Shown one piece after another: positions 41,965 through 53,379 of a stretch of 64,000 bases of DNA (positions are counted from its first letter, which is position 1; the number at the start of each line of letters is the position of its first letter). The DNA comes from Giardia intestinalis (lineage: Eukaryota). The notes beneath the pieces were generated by a model that worked only from the letters and a program-made list of their open reading frames with translations, ran no database searches and was not told where the DNA came from. Position numbers and translations under genes: made by a program. The stretch is taken from NCBI GenBank assembly GCA_000002435.2, contig CM018790.1; one strand, written 5' to 3'.

Positions 41965-44118
41965 TGCACGCTGCTTCGTCTGGATCTGCAACAATAGCTT
42001 TCAGTGCCCCGCAGTTCACCCCCAAGGAGCTCCACGAGGGGCTGGATGACGTGCTGGCCAAAGACCCCACAAGCACAATCTACTCTCTCGAAGCTATCTG
42101 GGCCTCGCTGTAAAGGTCATTCCACTAGGTTACCTGGACAAGAACAGTGCAGACGCCATCAGGACAAGGTTGACCACCCTCCCCGACCTCTCCCATCCGG
42201 GGGTCCTCAGGTACCACCAGGTGATTGAAGACGAGGGCCTCATCTACGTCGTCACGGACTGCCAAGACAAGACCCTCGAGCGCCCCCTCGCCGAGCACAA
42301 ACGAAGGAAGATCCCCGTCCCTATCACTATGATCCTCTCTGTCATGAAACAGATCGCCGCCGCCCTCGCCTACCTCCACAGCGTCAATGGGGCAAACACG
42401 AGAGGCCTCGTCCACTGCGACCTCAGGCCTGCCAGCATTCTTATCAACGCAGACGGAGAGCGCTTCATCATCGCCGACTTCGGCCTCTGTAAGGACGCCC
42501 TGTGGAGTGGGAACATTCTCATAGGAATAATGGCATACGTTGCCCCCGAGGTGCTCCTCCACAACGAGCCCAGCCCCGCCTCCGACGTGTGGAGCCTCGG
42601 GGTCATCCTCTACGAGCTTACTACTCTGAGGAGACTGGACTTCCTGAAAGGCAAGGAGCCGGCAGAGGTCTTCGTCGATGGGTGGAGGCCGGACCTGAGC
42701 GGTGTCACTGATGGCTTCATGCAGAATGTTCTGGAGAGGATCTTTGTACTAGAGCCAGAGAGGAGACCGACAGCCAGGGAGCTGCACGAGACGCTCACCA
42801 CATTCGACATCCCAGTTGGTGAGCTGGGGGTCAGTGCGTGATGCTGAGGTACAAGTGCGGATCCTTGAAGATTGCTTTGAATGGCGCTAACGCCAGGATC
42901 GCGCTTCTGGAAGAGGATGTTAAGATTAAATCCACTAGATCGACGCACTTGAAGACCAAAGTAAGGAGCATCTGGCCATGATTAAGGCACTGGAGAATAG
43001 GCTTGCACAGCTCAACATCAGAATAGCTACGACTGAGTCTCTGACCAGCCTCTTTTTGCTGCCCAGGCTGATGCGTGCCGCGCATACGAATAGCACGGAA
43101 ACCGTCTGGATGCTGCTTGAAGAAAGACTCGGCATCGACTAGTGCGACGAGCAGGGGCACGTTGATCCCGTCGAGTTGCTTGTTGGGGAGGAGAGGGGCC
43201 TCCAGGACAAGAATGGCTGGACTACCTGATGATCGCCACAGAGGAGGGCCACACAGAAGCTGCCTCCCTTCTGGTCCCATATGAGAAGGACCTAATCGAT
43301 GGCGAAGGCAAGACGGCCTTGGTGATTGCGGCAGAAGCAGAACATGGAACTGTGGTGGAGGCCATCGACCCAACCGATGAGAACGGCGTCACGGCGCTCA
43401 TGCGGGCTGTTAATAGAAACGACGTGGAGGCTGTAAAAGCACTCTTACCCATCCAGAGGGGGAGGAAAACATACAAAGAGGTCATAGCAAGCAGATGGTA
43501 CATGCGCAAAGGAATAGCTCTGATGATGGCTGCGGCAAGTGGACACGCAGAACTGGTAGAACTGCTAGCAGAGCACGAAAACGGAGAGAAAGTAGGCGGT
43601 TGGACCGCTCCCGTATTCGCGGCACGGTGCAATCGTTCCAATGACCCCCTGGTGGACTATCCCAGGCGCGTTGAGCTTTTGATGGAGTATGAGAGCAATA
43701 TCTCAGAGTAGACGGAGCTCATGTATGCAGCAGCACGAGGGCACGAAGGGAGTGTAGAGCTGCTCAAGCAAGAAACTTGTATGAAGAATAACGAGCATCA
43801 GACTGCCCTCACGTGGACGGTGTGCAATGATCATCCAGAGTGCGTCAGGATCCTACTGAAGGACGAAGGCGGCATGCAAGCGACCAAGGGGGGACCGCCC
43901 TTATGAACGCAGCGTATAGCAACACCGTGGAGTGTGCAAGACTTCTTAAGGAAAACGAGAAAGATCTGAAGACAACCTGCAGCTGCCATGGTTACTCGCC
44001 CGGTACCACTGCCCTCAGTATCGCTAAGAAGAAGGATCACAAAGAGATAGTAGACATCCTCCCAAACGAGATCTACTCTGCTTCATCAAGGTCGGCTTGC
44101 CAGCTCCTGTCCGAGTAA
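41965..44118 (+). pseudogene. Decayed NEK-type kinase fused to ankyrin repeats (Giardia NEK-ankyrin architecture), broken by frameshifts and an in-frame stop.
   Basis: Frame 2 holds kinase subdomains from GLAVKVIPLGYLDK (beta-3 Lys), through HCDLRPASILIN, IADFGLCKD and AYVAPEV to DVWSLGVILYEL (42098-42841). The Gly-loop region upstream lies in another frame and is truncated. Downstream ankyrin repeats run in three frames (43229-43711, 43721-43906, 43840-44118). A TAG at 43709-43711 interrupts a repeat (...NISE*TELMYAAARGH). A 1-nt loss near 43190 disrupts NGWTALMIATEEGH. A frame switch occurs at a G6 run near 43890. Confidence 0.55.
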
Positions 44119-44840
44119 ACCCGTCCAGAGTCCGAAGCTCGGATGCCGCCCACTCTGGAGAAGAGCCTTGTGCATCCCGCCTGGGAGCCGTTGGGTGCTC
44201 CACTATGCGCTCCGGGGCGTCCCTTCCTCTGGCTGGCTTGGGTCAACCATCGTCTGGCATCTAGTGAGCACCTGCTGTCCCGGGCCTTGCGTCGGTCACA
44301 GCGATCTAGTCTCGAGAGCAATTGACTCTGGCCATGTACTCCGGAGTAGCTTTGTGGTGCTGATGCTCTACGACGGAGATTGCACGCCACGACCCCGGGT
44401 GCCTACCCCGTTCCTCGGGTGCCTCCTTGTCTCCTCGTGGATTGTGCCGTCGGTCCCGAGCATGATCAGAGGGTGCGCTCCCCGTACGCCTCTATCTTTG
44501 AGTCATAGTACGCGTTCGTGGATGCCGGCGGAGTACTCCCATGCGTTGTGTCGGGGAAGAGGCCCATCTCTCTGCTCACGGACCGCAGAAGTGCTCCGTC
44601 ACCCAGCACGAGACCGTGTCGACGCTCACCCTGTGCAGTGCGTCTGGCTCAGTGACGTGTGGGCTGGTCCATCCTCACACCGCACACTTGGGGGTGATGC
44701 TTCGGTCTGTCGAGGCGTCGTCCAAAGCATCACGAGCGATCAAGACCGGTTCACCGAGGCCGTCTCTCTACAACCAGCACCCGTCTATTCGAGGGTGTCA
44801 GGTACTGCCAGCTGCTGTGGCAGACACCCGGCAGGTGGTC
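44067..44840. repeat. Copy A of a ~0.7-kb direct repeat (partner at 55527-56260).
   Basis: Colinear similarity starts ~15 nt left of the shared cttcatc(a/g)aggtcggcttgccagctcctgtccgagtaaa. It is ~85% identical overall. A 216-nt core (44313-44528) is 100% identical to 55774-55989. Indels are not multiples of 3, so it is non-coding. Confidence 0.7.
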
Positions 44841-45333
44841 CAAGTCACCACTCTCCGGTGCGGGCAGGATCAGTCCGCCTCTGTCAGCCAAGCACTCCAG
44901 GGGCCCCATCTCTTGTCGAGGAATTCATATGGGTCACGTGTGGGTCCATCTTGACAAGCGGGGCGAGTGATTAGTGCCATCACTAGCTTCGGTCCTCCGT
45001 TGCCCCCTCTATCGCCTCGGGGGAGGAGGCATAAATCTTCCTCGTCAGAAGTAGACGGCATCCGACCTTCGGATTTCGGATTCTGGGTCTCAGCTGATGA
45101 ACAAGCGAGAGACTGCCAGCCTAGTGTGGCAGTGGATTGCACGAGGGGATTTACTCAGGGCTCATTTGAGACTATAGACTAAACAAAAGGCAGTACAGTT
45201 TCTTGAAGAAAACTATGGTTATAGGCCAAAAGGCAGACAGGCCAAGGCTACATTATATTAACATCTTGGGTCAGTACTGGGGGTTCTAGGATCCTAGAGG
45301 ATTAGAGGTCAGAATAAATACTTTAAAAAACAC

Positions 45334-48300
45334 ATGTCCAATACTAGTGCTGTTCTTTCTCAAATGTCCCCTCCTACTGGAGTATCTACGGCAGCACAAT
45401 TTTCCCTTGAGGGTCAGGAGTATCTGGCGGTGGTGCGTGTATCTGTGCTGCACATTTATAAGGTAAAAGATGATAGAATACAGTTCATTATCTCACAAAG
45501 CTTCGCAGAACGAATTTTGCAAGTGTTTCCCCGTATCTTCATTGACGAGCTTTCAGGAATGGAGAAACTCCAGCTTTTACTCTGCTTTGATTCCCACAAA
45601 GCTGTCCTGTACGCCCTAACTGGCCTTCGTCTGTCTCAGCTTATGATCTACGACTTTACTGTTACTGCAGAAGAAGCATTAGCCCATGAGCAGGCGTCTT
45701 ATGCGCTGTATGATAACTCTATTCTAGTCTGTATCTGTGGCACAATTCGTACTTATATTGGACTTGCCCAGCTTGATACAGGCTCCATCATCCTAATACC
45801 TTTCGTTGGTGAGAAGATTATTGATGTGCAGTGCCTTTCTCGCTCTTCTACTAACGGCCCTCAGCTGGGTATTCTAACTAGCTTTCCTGTCCCTGCACAA
45901 AGGTGGGCGCGTAACGCTCGTGGAGCGCATCTTCACGTCTATACCATAGAGTATAACGGTGCCGGATTGTCTTCTGAAAAGTCATCTCAGAGAGATGCGT
46001 TTACGCTGGCCCTGCAGCATAAGGTCTCCAACCTTCCCTCAGATAGCTATAGCCTTACGGCTCTTGAGGATCCGCTTAATCTATTTTTAGTCCATTCCAC
46101 ACGAGTTTTCGTATTAGTTAATCCAACTGAAAGGACTTTTCAACCGCTACACTTTCGTTTCTCCTTCCTTCCAGAGGAACAGACGTGCAGTAGTGCATAT
46201 ATAAAAAGCGCCATATCACAGTGTGCATCATTGTCAGGGTCTCATCTTTCTCCGTTTGCTGAGAAGTTTACTGCTTCTTCAGATTTGAAGCTTGTGAGCA
46301 ACAAGCTATTATCTCTACATAACGGCATACTTACAACAGAGAAAACACAATTTAATTCTGTTCACCGGGCTACTCTACCCATTGCACCCACACTCATGCC
46401 TGCTCACCCTATCAAAGGAGGTCTGGAGTACCCTTATTACGGATTCAGCATAGACCGACCAGATGAGCCTGTTTGTTTATCACAAATTAGCAACGTTTTG
46501 GGTGGGTTTCCTGCGTTAGATCTACACTTATATATGGAAGCATGCGGTTCTACGCATATCGATAATCTACTCCGATTTGAAAATCGAACTAGAAGTAGCA
46601 TTACTCCAGGAGAGTACATCAACATGTCAGCGTTCGGCAAGTATCCGTCGAATTTGGAGTACCTTGGCCCTCGGTCAGATGTGTTTAATTACCTACAGAT
46701 TCCCCCGTTAAATGGTACGCGTGTGTGTTATTTGAAAAGCTCTACTACCATGTTGAAAGGTTGGCACAACATCTTAGTGATGGATAGCAGGGGTTTATCA
46801 TTTATTATGCGATTTCATAGCGATAACGGGGCGATTACTAAGCAGAGCTTGGAGTTGTATCCTGTTTGTCTTTGTGATCGCAACGCAGCGATAACGACAG
46901 GTTCTCCTGCGATGCTGTTTCCGCCTTCCGTGATCTTGGCTCTTTCAGCAGCCTCTACAAAGAATACTCCACTGGGATACGAACTGGAACGCAGATATCG
47001 CGCAGTAGCGGAACTCCCAGCTGACGTTAGGCCTAGAGAAGATAAGGTACAATGCGACGTCCAACATCCATATCATGATCTTTTTTCTGTACGGGTATTC
47101 GTTGGCTCTCTTGTTGAGGACTCTCTCTTGTGTATGATAACGATGTCAACTGCAACACCAAAGCAAGGATACTACTATGATTACAGGCCGTGCCCTCTAC
47201 CAGGTGAGACGAACCATGCAAATATAACTAAGCTTGCACAAGCCTTGTATGCCTCGTCCTCCATAACTGAGAGCACCGCGCCGCATTTATCTTCTCTTTC
47301 ATCTCCGTTAGTTACTTCCGAGTCCAGTGCGGAGACAAGAAAAATCCAGATCTTTGGTCAGAGCTTCAATGTAGAAAACTATCATAGAATTAGGATCTTT
47401 GCTAATGCAAAACTGCTCAAGCCTTTTTCGGGAAGCATACTCCGTCTTATCGAGCGTCAAACTACTCATCTTCCAACATATGACACTGTGATGCACGGGC
47501 TTGTCTTTCCATACGCAATTCTCCCCTCCATGTCTTCTGTTAAGGATGCTTCCGCCAAGCCCGTCGGTTTGGGTGAGCAGAAGGATGCAAATGCTCGACC
47601 TCGCCTTCATCTGCTTCACGAGGCCGGTGCTATTTCCATGGTTAGCTCTTACGCGACATCTACGACTTCTTCGCAGTTTAAGTATGCTCAGAAGATGAAC
47701 AGACTAGACGACAGAGCAACATCTCTCTCAGATAGCTACGTCTGCGCTTTTTACCATATGAATCCAGATGCAAACAACCATCGCTCATTGAGATCTATGT
47801 TTTCTGGGGCTACGTCTTTCAATATTCTCGTCACATCGCGGGATGGAACAAACGTAATGTCCATTACCAAAGACACCGATCTTTTCAGCTCTACGTCGAC
47901 GAAGAAAGAACTGTCAATACACCCAGTGAGCACGCCAGCAGTACTTCATCAACCAACCATTCTAGCATTTACCCTCGCATGCGGCGTTTCTGTTCAAGTG
48001 TGCCCTCTAGAAATGGTGCTCTTTGCATACGATGGCCTGGAGAAAGTCTCGGTATCAATTGGCGAGCTAGCGTCGTCTTGTAAACCGCAGATGCTTCAGG
48101 ATTGCTCCGAACATTTGGCGATCTTACATGCCGAAAGCGACTATGTGAGATTTCTGTTTTTGACTACTTCTACTGCAATCTTCTGTGTACCCTTGCCTAC
48201 TTCTAAGGCAGATCTTGTGGGATATCGTACGCCTGTTAGCGAAACTGCGTTGTGCATTTATACCATGACCTCAATAGAGAACTTTTGCTCATCGGCCTTC

Positions 48301-51300
48301 TTGTCTGCAAAGAACTCTGAACCATTATTGGCATACTTGTCTTTGTCAAGAGTAGAGGTACTTGCTGCAGACTATCTCAGCTCTGAGGAAGCATCACGTG
48401 TTTCGAAGGATGTGTTTATGAAGAGAATTCACACCTTAGTTTCGACGATTAATGACGACCATACATCATTAGGTTGCTTATTTGCTGTGACTTCTAACGC
48501 AAGGATAATCTTTATTCTCCTACTAGAACACAAAACAACACAATCCCTCCTATATTTACCTCTCTGGGTTTGGCAGGTATATGAGCAGAACCTTCTCGAA
48601 AAGGATCACAAGAGCAAGATCTCTTTCCGCACTAACACACACATTCTCTCACTACTGCCGTACATATGCACTTATGGGGTTTTCGAATGCTGTACGTCAG
48701 CGGAATCAACAAAAGATATAACTGGAAACATACTGATGGGGCGCCAGGTTAGTCCTCAACCTTGTCAATCGTCAGACATGCTTCTCCCATACAACACAGC
48801 GTACATGACTGCTCTTTTCGAGACACAGCGAGACACTATAGCCTCTGAAATGACTCCAGATAGATCTCTCGCTAAGCATACAAACCACTTGAGCACTGAG
48901 ATTAACACTAGGCGCATTTCTAGCATTTATGTGTCATCAACACCCATCATTTCTCAAGTCTGTACCCCTGTCCCTTCACAATTTGATTCTACAGAGGAGA
49001 ACATGAAGAGTACTGAAATAAGCACAAACATTACGCTATTCATTGCGTACTTTGGTGGGCATACGTCTGTACATCGGATTGGGCCACAATTAGATGCCCA
49101 GCATAAATTGTGTGCTACGCTGGGAGACAGTATAGCTCTTACCACTCAACCGATATCAACCAAATCCGTGGCGACAAGATCCATTGATTCCTCTTGCAGC
49201 TATGAGTACTCAGACTTGTGGTCAGACGTTGTCTCCCTTTCTTTTCCTACTAAAGAAAAGGTAGTCACAAAGTCCGTGGCCCTTAGAATTGGTCGTCCGT
49301 TTCGGCCGATCTACCTTGTTGATGCTGGGCCTCAGCAAGAAAGCCTCTCCTTGCCATTAATATTCATTGGCACACCACGCCCCACAACGGGTGCGACACC
49401 TGTGTCTTGTATTGCAGTCCCCAATCTGTTCGGGTCATATAGCTTGCACATCCTGGGTCGTACACAGTCTTATCTTCTTTTGAACAAACGGTATTCAATA
49501 CCCATCCAACATCCAGTGAGGCAGATGCTTCCTATTTGCTACATTCCTGGTTGTTCTTTCCCAGCGTGTCTAAATCTCATTGATTCAAGTCTCCCCATAT
49601 CAATGATGACACAGGGAACATCTCCACATGTCATGAGCAACTTTACAAACATCCCACACGTCTATCTACACAGAAATGGAATAGAGCTAGGCAGCATAGA
49701 AAACATTTACTTTGGAACGCACTTGCTTTACAAGGATGTTTGTGAGAAAGAGTACAAGGACACGGCCAAGGGCTGCTGCTTCCTGAATCGCCGCCTGACG
49801 CACTCAAGAAAAAATATAATCTACAATCTGCTTTACTTAGCATCTTTTGGAAATAATACACAAATGCCCGTACGCACCATACTGAATCTTCCACCAAGCC
49901 TGAAGGGAAGTAAGATGTGTTACAACGTGGAGAGCGATGCATTTGCAGTGGTGTCACACATCGAGCGCTATGAGGTCCGAAATCCCCGATCGATCGCTAA
50001 GGATGAAGTTGCTGGGATAAAGGTTTCAGAAGAGATCAAGGCGCTAAGGGACTACCATCGCATAGGTGACATGACAGAGGAGGATGCCCTCCTGAGTGCA
50101 CAAAAGGATGGAGATCAGGCGCAGCTCGAAGCCTATACGCGCTTCAAAGAGGAAGGACTCGTAAGAGCAAAAGAGATCATGCTCGCCAGTCCGCCAACTT
50201 ATAACTCCTTCATGAAAGTCAAGTTCGAAGCCCTTCTACTTATTGTTAACGATCCATCAATGAGCAAGTATCGTGTATGCGACTATTACTTGTATGATTT
50301 AAAACGATACGAGACGTCTACAACACTTGTGTCTGACACAATAGATTCCCAGTTCCCTCGCCGCTTTGGTAGTGCCTGGAGGCACGAGGGTGGAATATCC
50401 CGTGATGACTTCGGCTGCATAAACAGGCGTAACTACCATAACTCACAAACTAGTGAGCAAACCAGTTCCAAGCCTCGTGAAATCCTTAGGTCAGGAACAA
50501 AAGAGCTTATTCTGCTGGGCACTGGATACCTACTTGGGCCAGATGAAAAGTGCTATGGAACATGCAAGATATTAGCGCTTGAAAAGACTGACAAAAACGA
50601 TGACATCAAGGCTAACAAGTGGAATTTGGGGGCATGGTCGTCTTTCTTTGCATTCAGGCTAATTACACAAGAGGAATTCCAAAATGTAATAACAACTGTG
50701 CGCTCATTCCCTGCAGCGCGAGTTATTCTTATCGGAGAAAACAAGCGCATATGCGCATATCATTTAGAGGATAGCTGCCGTCTCACCTGCTGCAGCGTTT
50801 TTGAGCGTTGCGGTTACATATCAAATATCTCACGGTTTAACGAGTTTATTTCTGTCTCTGATCTTATGTTGCGCAACGGTCTGTACGTGTTTAGAAGCCG
50901 CGGAAGCAGAAACAATCCTATCAGCTACTCATCCAACGATCTTCCTATATATGCGAGTGACTTCTTGGTCTCCGGGGTGACCAAGGAGATGAATGTTATT
51001 GGAGTTAGTTTGCATCGGATAGTCTGTCTCTTATCATATCCGTACACAAAAACCAGCCAGAGGCTTGTTTCTCAGTTAGCAGTGCAAAGCAGCTGTAAGA
51101 TACCATGGACTTGTGTGTCGATCCTCCAAGCTGCGGGATGGATCAACGCCCCTGAGGTAGAGAGTAATGACAGGCCGACTAAGAGCAGTCAACTGACTAG
51201 TAATGCCAACTGTATTCTTGCGTGTGCCGAGGGCGCCGTTTTGGTGGCAGTACCTGTGCCAGCAGAAGTAGATCAGTTCATAGAGATGATGGGGTGCTTT

Positions 51301-51507
51301 AATCTATTTGATATAGGTCCACACTGCATTGCAAGAAAAAGAAGAAGTTTTGATAGGAGGCTTGTATATGATTCTGCCAGGCTAATTATATTACAAACGC
51401 TTGACAATACTTCCAGAGATTACTCTGGCCTCGGCCCGAAAGCGGCCAACATAAGGGGCTTTAATAACCTGATTTGGAGACTCATGAGCGATGCTGTATG
51501 CTTGTGA
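45334..51507 (+). CDS. Giant hypothetical protein (2057 aa).
   Basis: True ATG at 45334, immediately preceded by aataaatactttaaaaaacac. 6.2-kb uninterrupted ORF. No domain recognised. Confidence 0.65.
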   Translation: MSNTSAVLSQMSPPTGVSTAAQFSLEGQEYLAVVRVSVLHIYKVKDDRIQFIISQSFAERILQVFPRIFIDELSGMEKLQLLLCFDSHKAVLYALTGLRLSQLMIYDFTVTAEEALAHEQASYALYDNSILVCICGTIRTYIGLAQLDTGSIILIPFVGEKIIDVQCLSRSSTNGPQLGILTSFPVPAQRWARNARGAHLHVYTIEYNGAGLSSEKSSQRDAFTLALQHKVSNLPSDSYSLTALEDPLNLFLVHSTRVFVLVNPTERTFQPLHFRFSFLPEEQTCSSAYIKSAISQCASLSGSHLSPFAEKFTASSDLKLVSNKLLSLHNGILTTEKTQFNSVHRATLPIAPTLMPAHPIKGGLEYPYYGFSIDRPDEPVCLSQISNVLGGFPALDLHLYMEACGSTHIDNLLRFENRTRSSITPGEYINMSAFGKYPSNLEYLGPRSDVFNYLQIPPLNGTRVCYLKSSTTMLKGWHNILVMDSRGLSFIMRFHSDNGAITKQSLELYPVCLCDRNAAITTGSPAMLFPPSVILALSAASTKNTPLGYELERRYRAVAELPADVRPREDKVQCDVQHPYHDLFSVRVFVGSLVEDSLLCMITMSTATPKQGYYYDYRPCPLPGETNHANITKLAQALYASSSITESTAPHLSSLSSPLVTSESSAETRKIQIFGQSFNVENYHRIRIFANAKLLKPFSGSILRLIERQTTHLPTYDTVMHGLVFPYAILPSMSSVKDASAKPVGLGEQKDANARPRLHLLHEAGAISMVSSYATSTTSSQFKYAQKMNRLDDRATSLSDSYVCAFYHMNPDANNHRSLRSMFSGATSFNILVTSRDGTNVMSITKDTDLFSSTSTKKELSIHPVSTPAVLHQPTILAFTLACGVSVQVCPLEMVLFAYDGLEKVSVSIGELASSCKPQMLQDCSEHLAILHAESDYVRFLFLTTSTAIFCVPLPTSKADLVGYRTPVSETALCIYTMTSIENFCSSAFLSAKNSEPLLAYLSLSRVEVLAADYLSSEEASRVSKDVFMKRIHTLVSTINDDHTSLGCLFAVTSNARIIFILLLEHKTTQSLLYLPLWVWQVYEQNLLEKDHKSKISFRTNTHILSLLPYICTYGVFECCTSAESTKDITGNILMGRQVSPQPCQSSDMLLPYNTAYMTALFETQRDTIASEMTPDRSLAKHTNHLSTEINTRRISSIYVSSTPIISQVCTPVPSQFDSTEENMKSTEISTNITLFIAYFGGHTSVHRIGPQLDAQHKLCATLGDSIALTTQPISTKSVATRSIDSSCSYEYSDLWSDVVSLSFPTKEKVVTKSVALRIGRPFRPIYLVDAGPQQESLSLPLIFIGTPRPTTGATPVSCIAVPNLFGSYSLHILGRTQSYLLLNKRYSIPIQHPVRQMLPICYIPGCSFPACLNLIDSSLPISMMTQGTSPHVMSNFTNIPHVYLHRNGIELGSIENIYFGTHLLYKDVCEKEYKDTAKGCCFLNRRLTHSRKNIIYNLLYLASFGNNTQMPVRTILNLPPSLKGSKMCYNVESDAFAVVSHIERYEVRNPRSIAKDEVAGIKVSEEIKALRDYHRIGDMTEEDALLSAQKDGDQAQLEAYTRFKEEGLVRAKEIMLASPPTYNSFMKVKFEALLLIVNDPSMSKYRVCDYYLYDLKRYETSTTLVSDTIDSQFPRRFGSAWRHEGGISRDDFGCINRRNYHNSQTSEQTSSKPREILRSGTKELILLGTGYLLGPDEKCYGTCKILALEKTDKNDDIKANKWNLGAWSSFFAFRLITQEEFQNVITTVRSFPAARVILIGENKRICAYHLEDSCRLTCCSVFERCGYISNISRFNEFISVSDLMLRNGLYVFRSRGSRNNPISYSSNDLPIYASDFLVSGVTKEMNVIGVSLHRIVCLLSYPYTKTSQRLVSQLAVQSSCKIPWTCVSILQAAGWINAPEVESNDRPTKSSQLTSNANCILACAEGAVLVAVPVPAEVDQFIEMMGCFNLFDIGPHCIARKRRSFDRRLVYDSARLIILQTLDNTSRDYSGLGPKAANIRGFNNLIWRLMSDAVCL

Positions 51508-51516
51508 GGGTATTTA

Positions 51517-51523
51517 AGTGAAC
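51517..51523 (+). terminator. PolyA signal AGTGAAC after the 2057-aa gene.
   Basis: AGTRAAY consensus lies 10 nt after the TGA stop. Confidence 0.4.
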
Positions 51524-51534
51524 ATACTGTGTTT

Positions 51535-53379
51535 CTAATTTTTCTTTAACGTTGGAGGCAAGGGAATGTCGCGCAAATCCTTTCTAGTACACTCTAGCGA
51601 GAAGTTGTACGGAGTAGTTGTACTGGCACCCGCAAGTTTCACTTGCTTACGAGTATCAATAAAGAGAGAGTCGTAGCTCTGATCAGAAATAACATCACTT
51701 AATCCCTTCTCGCTTGATGTTTCATTGCTGGATAGAGCATGATAATTCAAAGACTTAAATCCAGATCCAGAGTCATTGCGTGGCGTTGATGAGTGTATGG
51801 GCGTCACCAGAAAGCGTCTACCGTGTGTACTTGTGCTATTTTCCGGCAAAATGACCACTTTCGGTGTCGCAGCAAGAACACTATTCTTGAGGATTGGTGA
51901 TTGAATTGTTTCTCGATTAACTCGTACACTCCGGTAACCTATATCTCCAGGAACATTGAGCGCAAAAGGCACAAGTGGCGACATGAGGGAGGCCTTCAGA
52001 GGAGAAAGTGCATTAGTCTGGGAGAGATCCTGATCTTCCCACCCAGCTTGCATTCCGTCTTTGCAATAAAAAATGAATGCATCCTGAGGCATAAAATCAT
52101 CCGTCTGGGCACCAACTGGCAGGACCTGGTAGGCCTCGACAGAGCTTCCCGCCACGGAGGAGAATAGAGTGCCAGTACAATCATTTTCACCATCTCCAAT
52201 GATGGGTTGGTTACTAACTACTATCCTTATCATACGACGGCCATGGAATAATCGTTTTTTCAATTGAATCTCTGCTGGAACATTCATGGCTCGGCCTCTA
52301 AGATACTTTGGCATATATAGACTAGTTGGGGTCAGGGCAGTGAATGCACGGTGATGAGCCCAGCGATGACTTGTTGTAGGACTAACTAAGTATGGATCGT
52401 GTACGTGTCCAGCCTTTGGGGTGCATAAGTTTGTGGTGTTTAGTGTGGTAACGGGCTCTGCATGTCTCATAAGCTCTGAAAACTCATAAGCAGAATGAGC
52501 ATCAAGCAGGGTAGGATCCCCATAAGCTGAAAGCATAAGGGAGTCCAGAACAGGATCCTGAAACGCTGGGGTTGCAGTGCTGGTGGAAATTGCAACATCA
52601 ACGGATGGTGAAGTCACTTGAAAAAGCGTAACACCATCGTGCTCTGAAAACTGTTGGTCCGTAACCGGGCCCGAGTTATCTGTGGCCGAGGTTCCATCCG
52701 CAGAAACATCCAAGAGAAGTTCGTCATAGTTTGAAATATGCATTGCGTCGCTAATTGGCCTAAATATATAGGTCTTAGCTGGAAACTGCTGAATTGTATG
52801 AGAAGAATTAGTCCCGGAAAGCACAGCAAAGGAGGCTGACGTGCCGCTGATATCTATAAACCGTTGAGCAATCGCATACGTGTACTCGTGAACGGTTCCA
52901 GTTAGTGGACCGCGACCCAACGAGTCGACGGGGTTTAATGTCGATCCGGTGGAGAGTCGCCAGGGCACCTCCTGGGTGTTGACATGTAAAGCAGATTCAT
53001 TGTATGGGGCGATAGACATAAAGTGCCGTAGAATAGATCCTTGATAACTATCGATAACGAGTGTACTAAGACTAGAAGCAACACTACTAATAGAGTGTGT
53101 GGAAGCGAGCTGGATGGATCCAGCCTGTTGTGAGGATGGATGGGTGGAAGCAGAAGACTCTGCAAGACATACTGATGAGGGTGATGCCGATGCATTGTTA
53201 TTACAATTTGCATCAGTGCTGCAGACAATTCCATGCTCGATACGCGTTTCATTACCAGGCCTAGTTGGTGTGGGAATTAGATACCTTACTGGAGCGTTCA
53301 GCCTCTGTGCATCCCACTGCATGATCTGCTCTTTGTTGAGTAGAAAGAAATCGAGCCTTGTGCAGGGGGTCTGGTGCAT
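51535..53379 (-). CDS. Hypothetical Ser/Thr-rich protein (~614 aa).
   Basis: The listed start at 53409 is TTG; the first ATG is at 53377-53379. No homolog recognised. Confidence 0.5.
   Translation of the reverse strand: MHQTPCTRLDFFLLNKEQIMQWDAQRLNAPVRYLIPTPTRPGNETRIEHGIVCSTDANCNNNASASPSSVCLAESSASTHPSSQQAGSIQLASTHSISSVASSLSTLVIDSYQGSILRHFMSIAPYNESALHVNTQEVPWRLSTGSTLNPVDSLGRGPLTGTVHEYTYAIAQRFIDISGTSASFAVLSGTNSSHTIQQFPAKTYIFRPISDAMHISNYDELLLDVSADGTSATDNSGPVTDQQFSEHDGVTLFQVTSPSVDVAISTSTATPAFQDPVLDSLMLSAYGDPTLLDAHSAYEFSELMRHAEPVTTLNTTNLCTPKAGHVHDPYLVSPTTSHRWAHHRAFTALTPTSLYMPKYLRGRAMNVPAEIQLKKRLFHGRRMIRIVVSNQPIIGDGENDCTGTLFSSVAGSSVEAYQVLPVGAQTDDFMPQDAFIFYCKDGMQAGWEDQDLSQTNALSPLKASLMSPLVPFALNVPGDIGYRSVRVNRETIQSPILKNSVLAATPKVVILPENSTSTHGRRFLVTPIHSSTPRNDSGSGFKSLNYHALSSNETSSEKGLSDVISDQSYDSLFIDTRKQVKLAGASTTTPYNFSLECTRKDLRDIPLPPTLKKN

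Noticed and set aside
44067-44840. Possibility that the conserved repeat, especially the perfect 216-nt core, is an rRNA or rDNA fragment, since Giardia rDNA is subtelomeric and recombinogenic.
   Set aside because: The composition (~60% GC) and sequence do not resemble the extremely GC-rich Giardia SSU/LSU rRNA as I recall it. No rRNA signature motifs were seen. It is left as an unclassified repeat in the findings.
44168-44974. ORFs inside the repeats (44168-44974 +, 44073-44390 -, 55533-56282 +, 55518-55733 -).
   Set aside because: The two copies differ by non-triplet indels, so the frames are not conserved. The translations are low-complexity Arg/Pro/Cys-rich, typical of GC-rich non-coding sequence.
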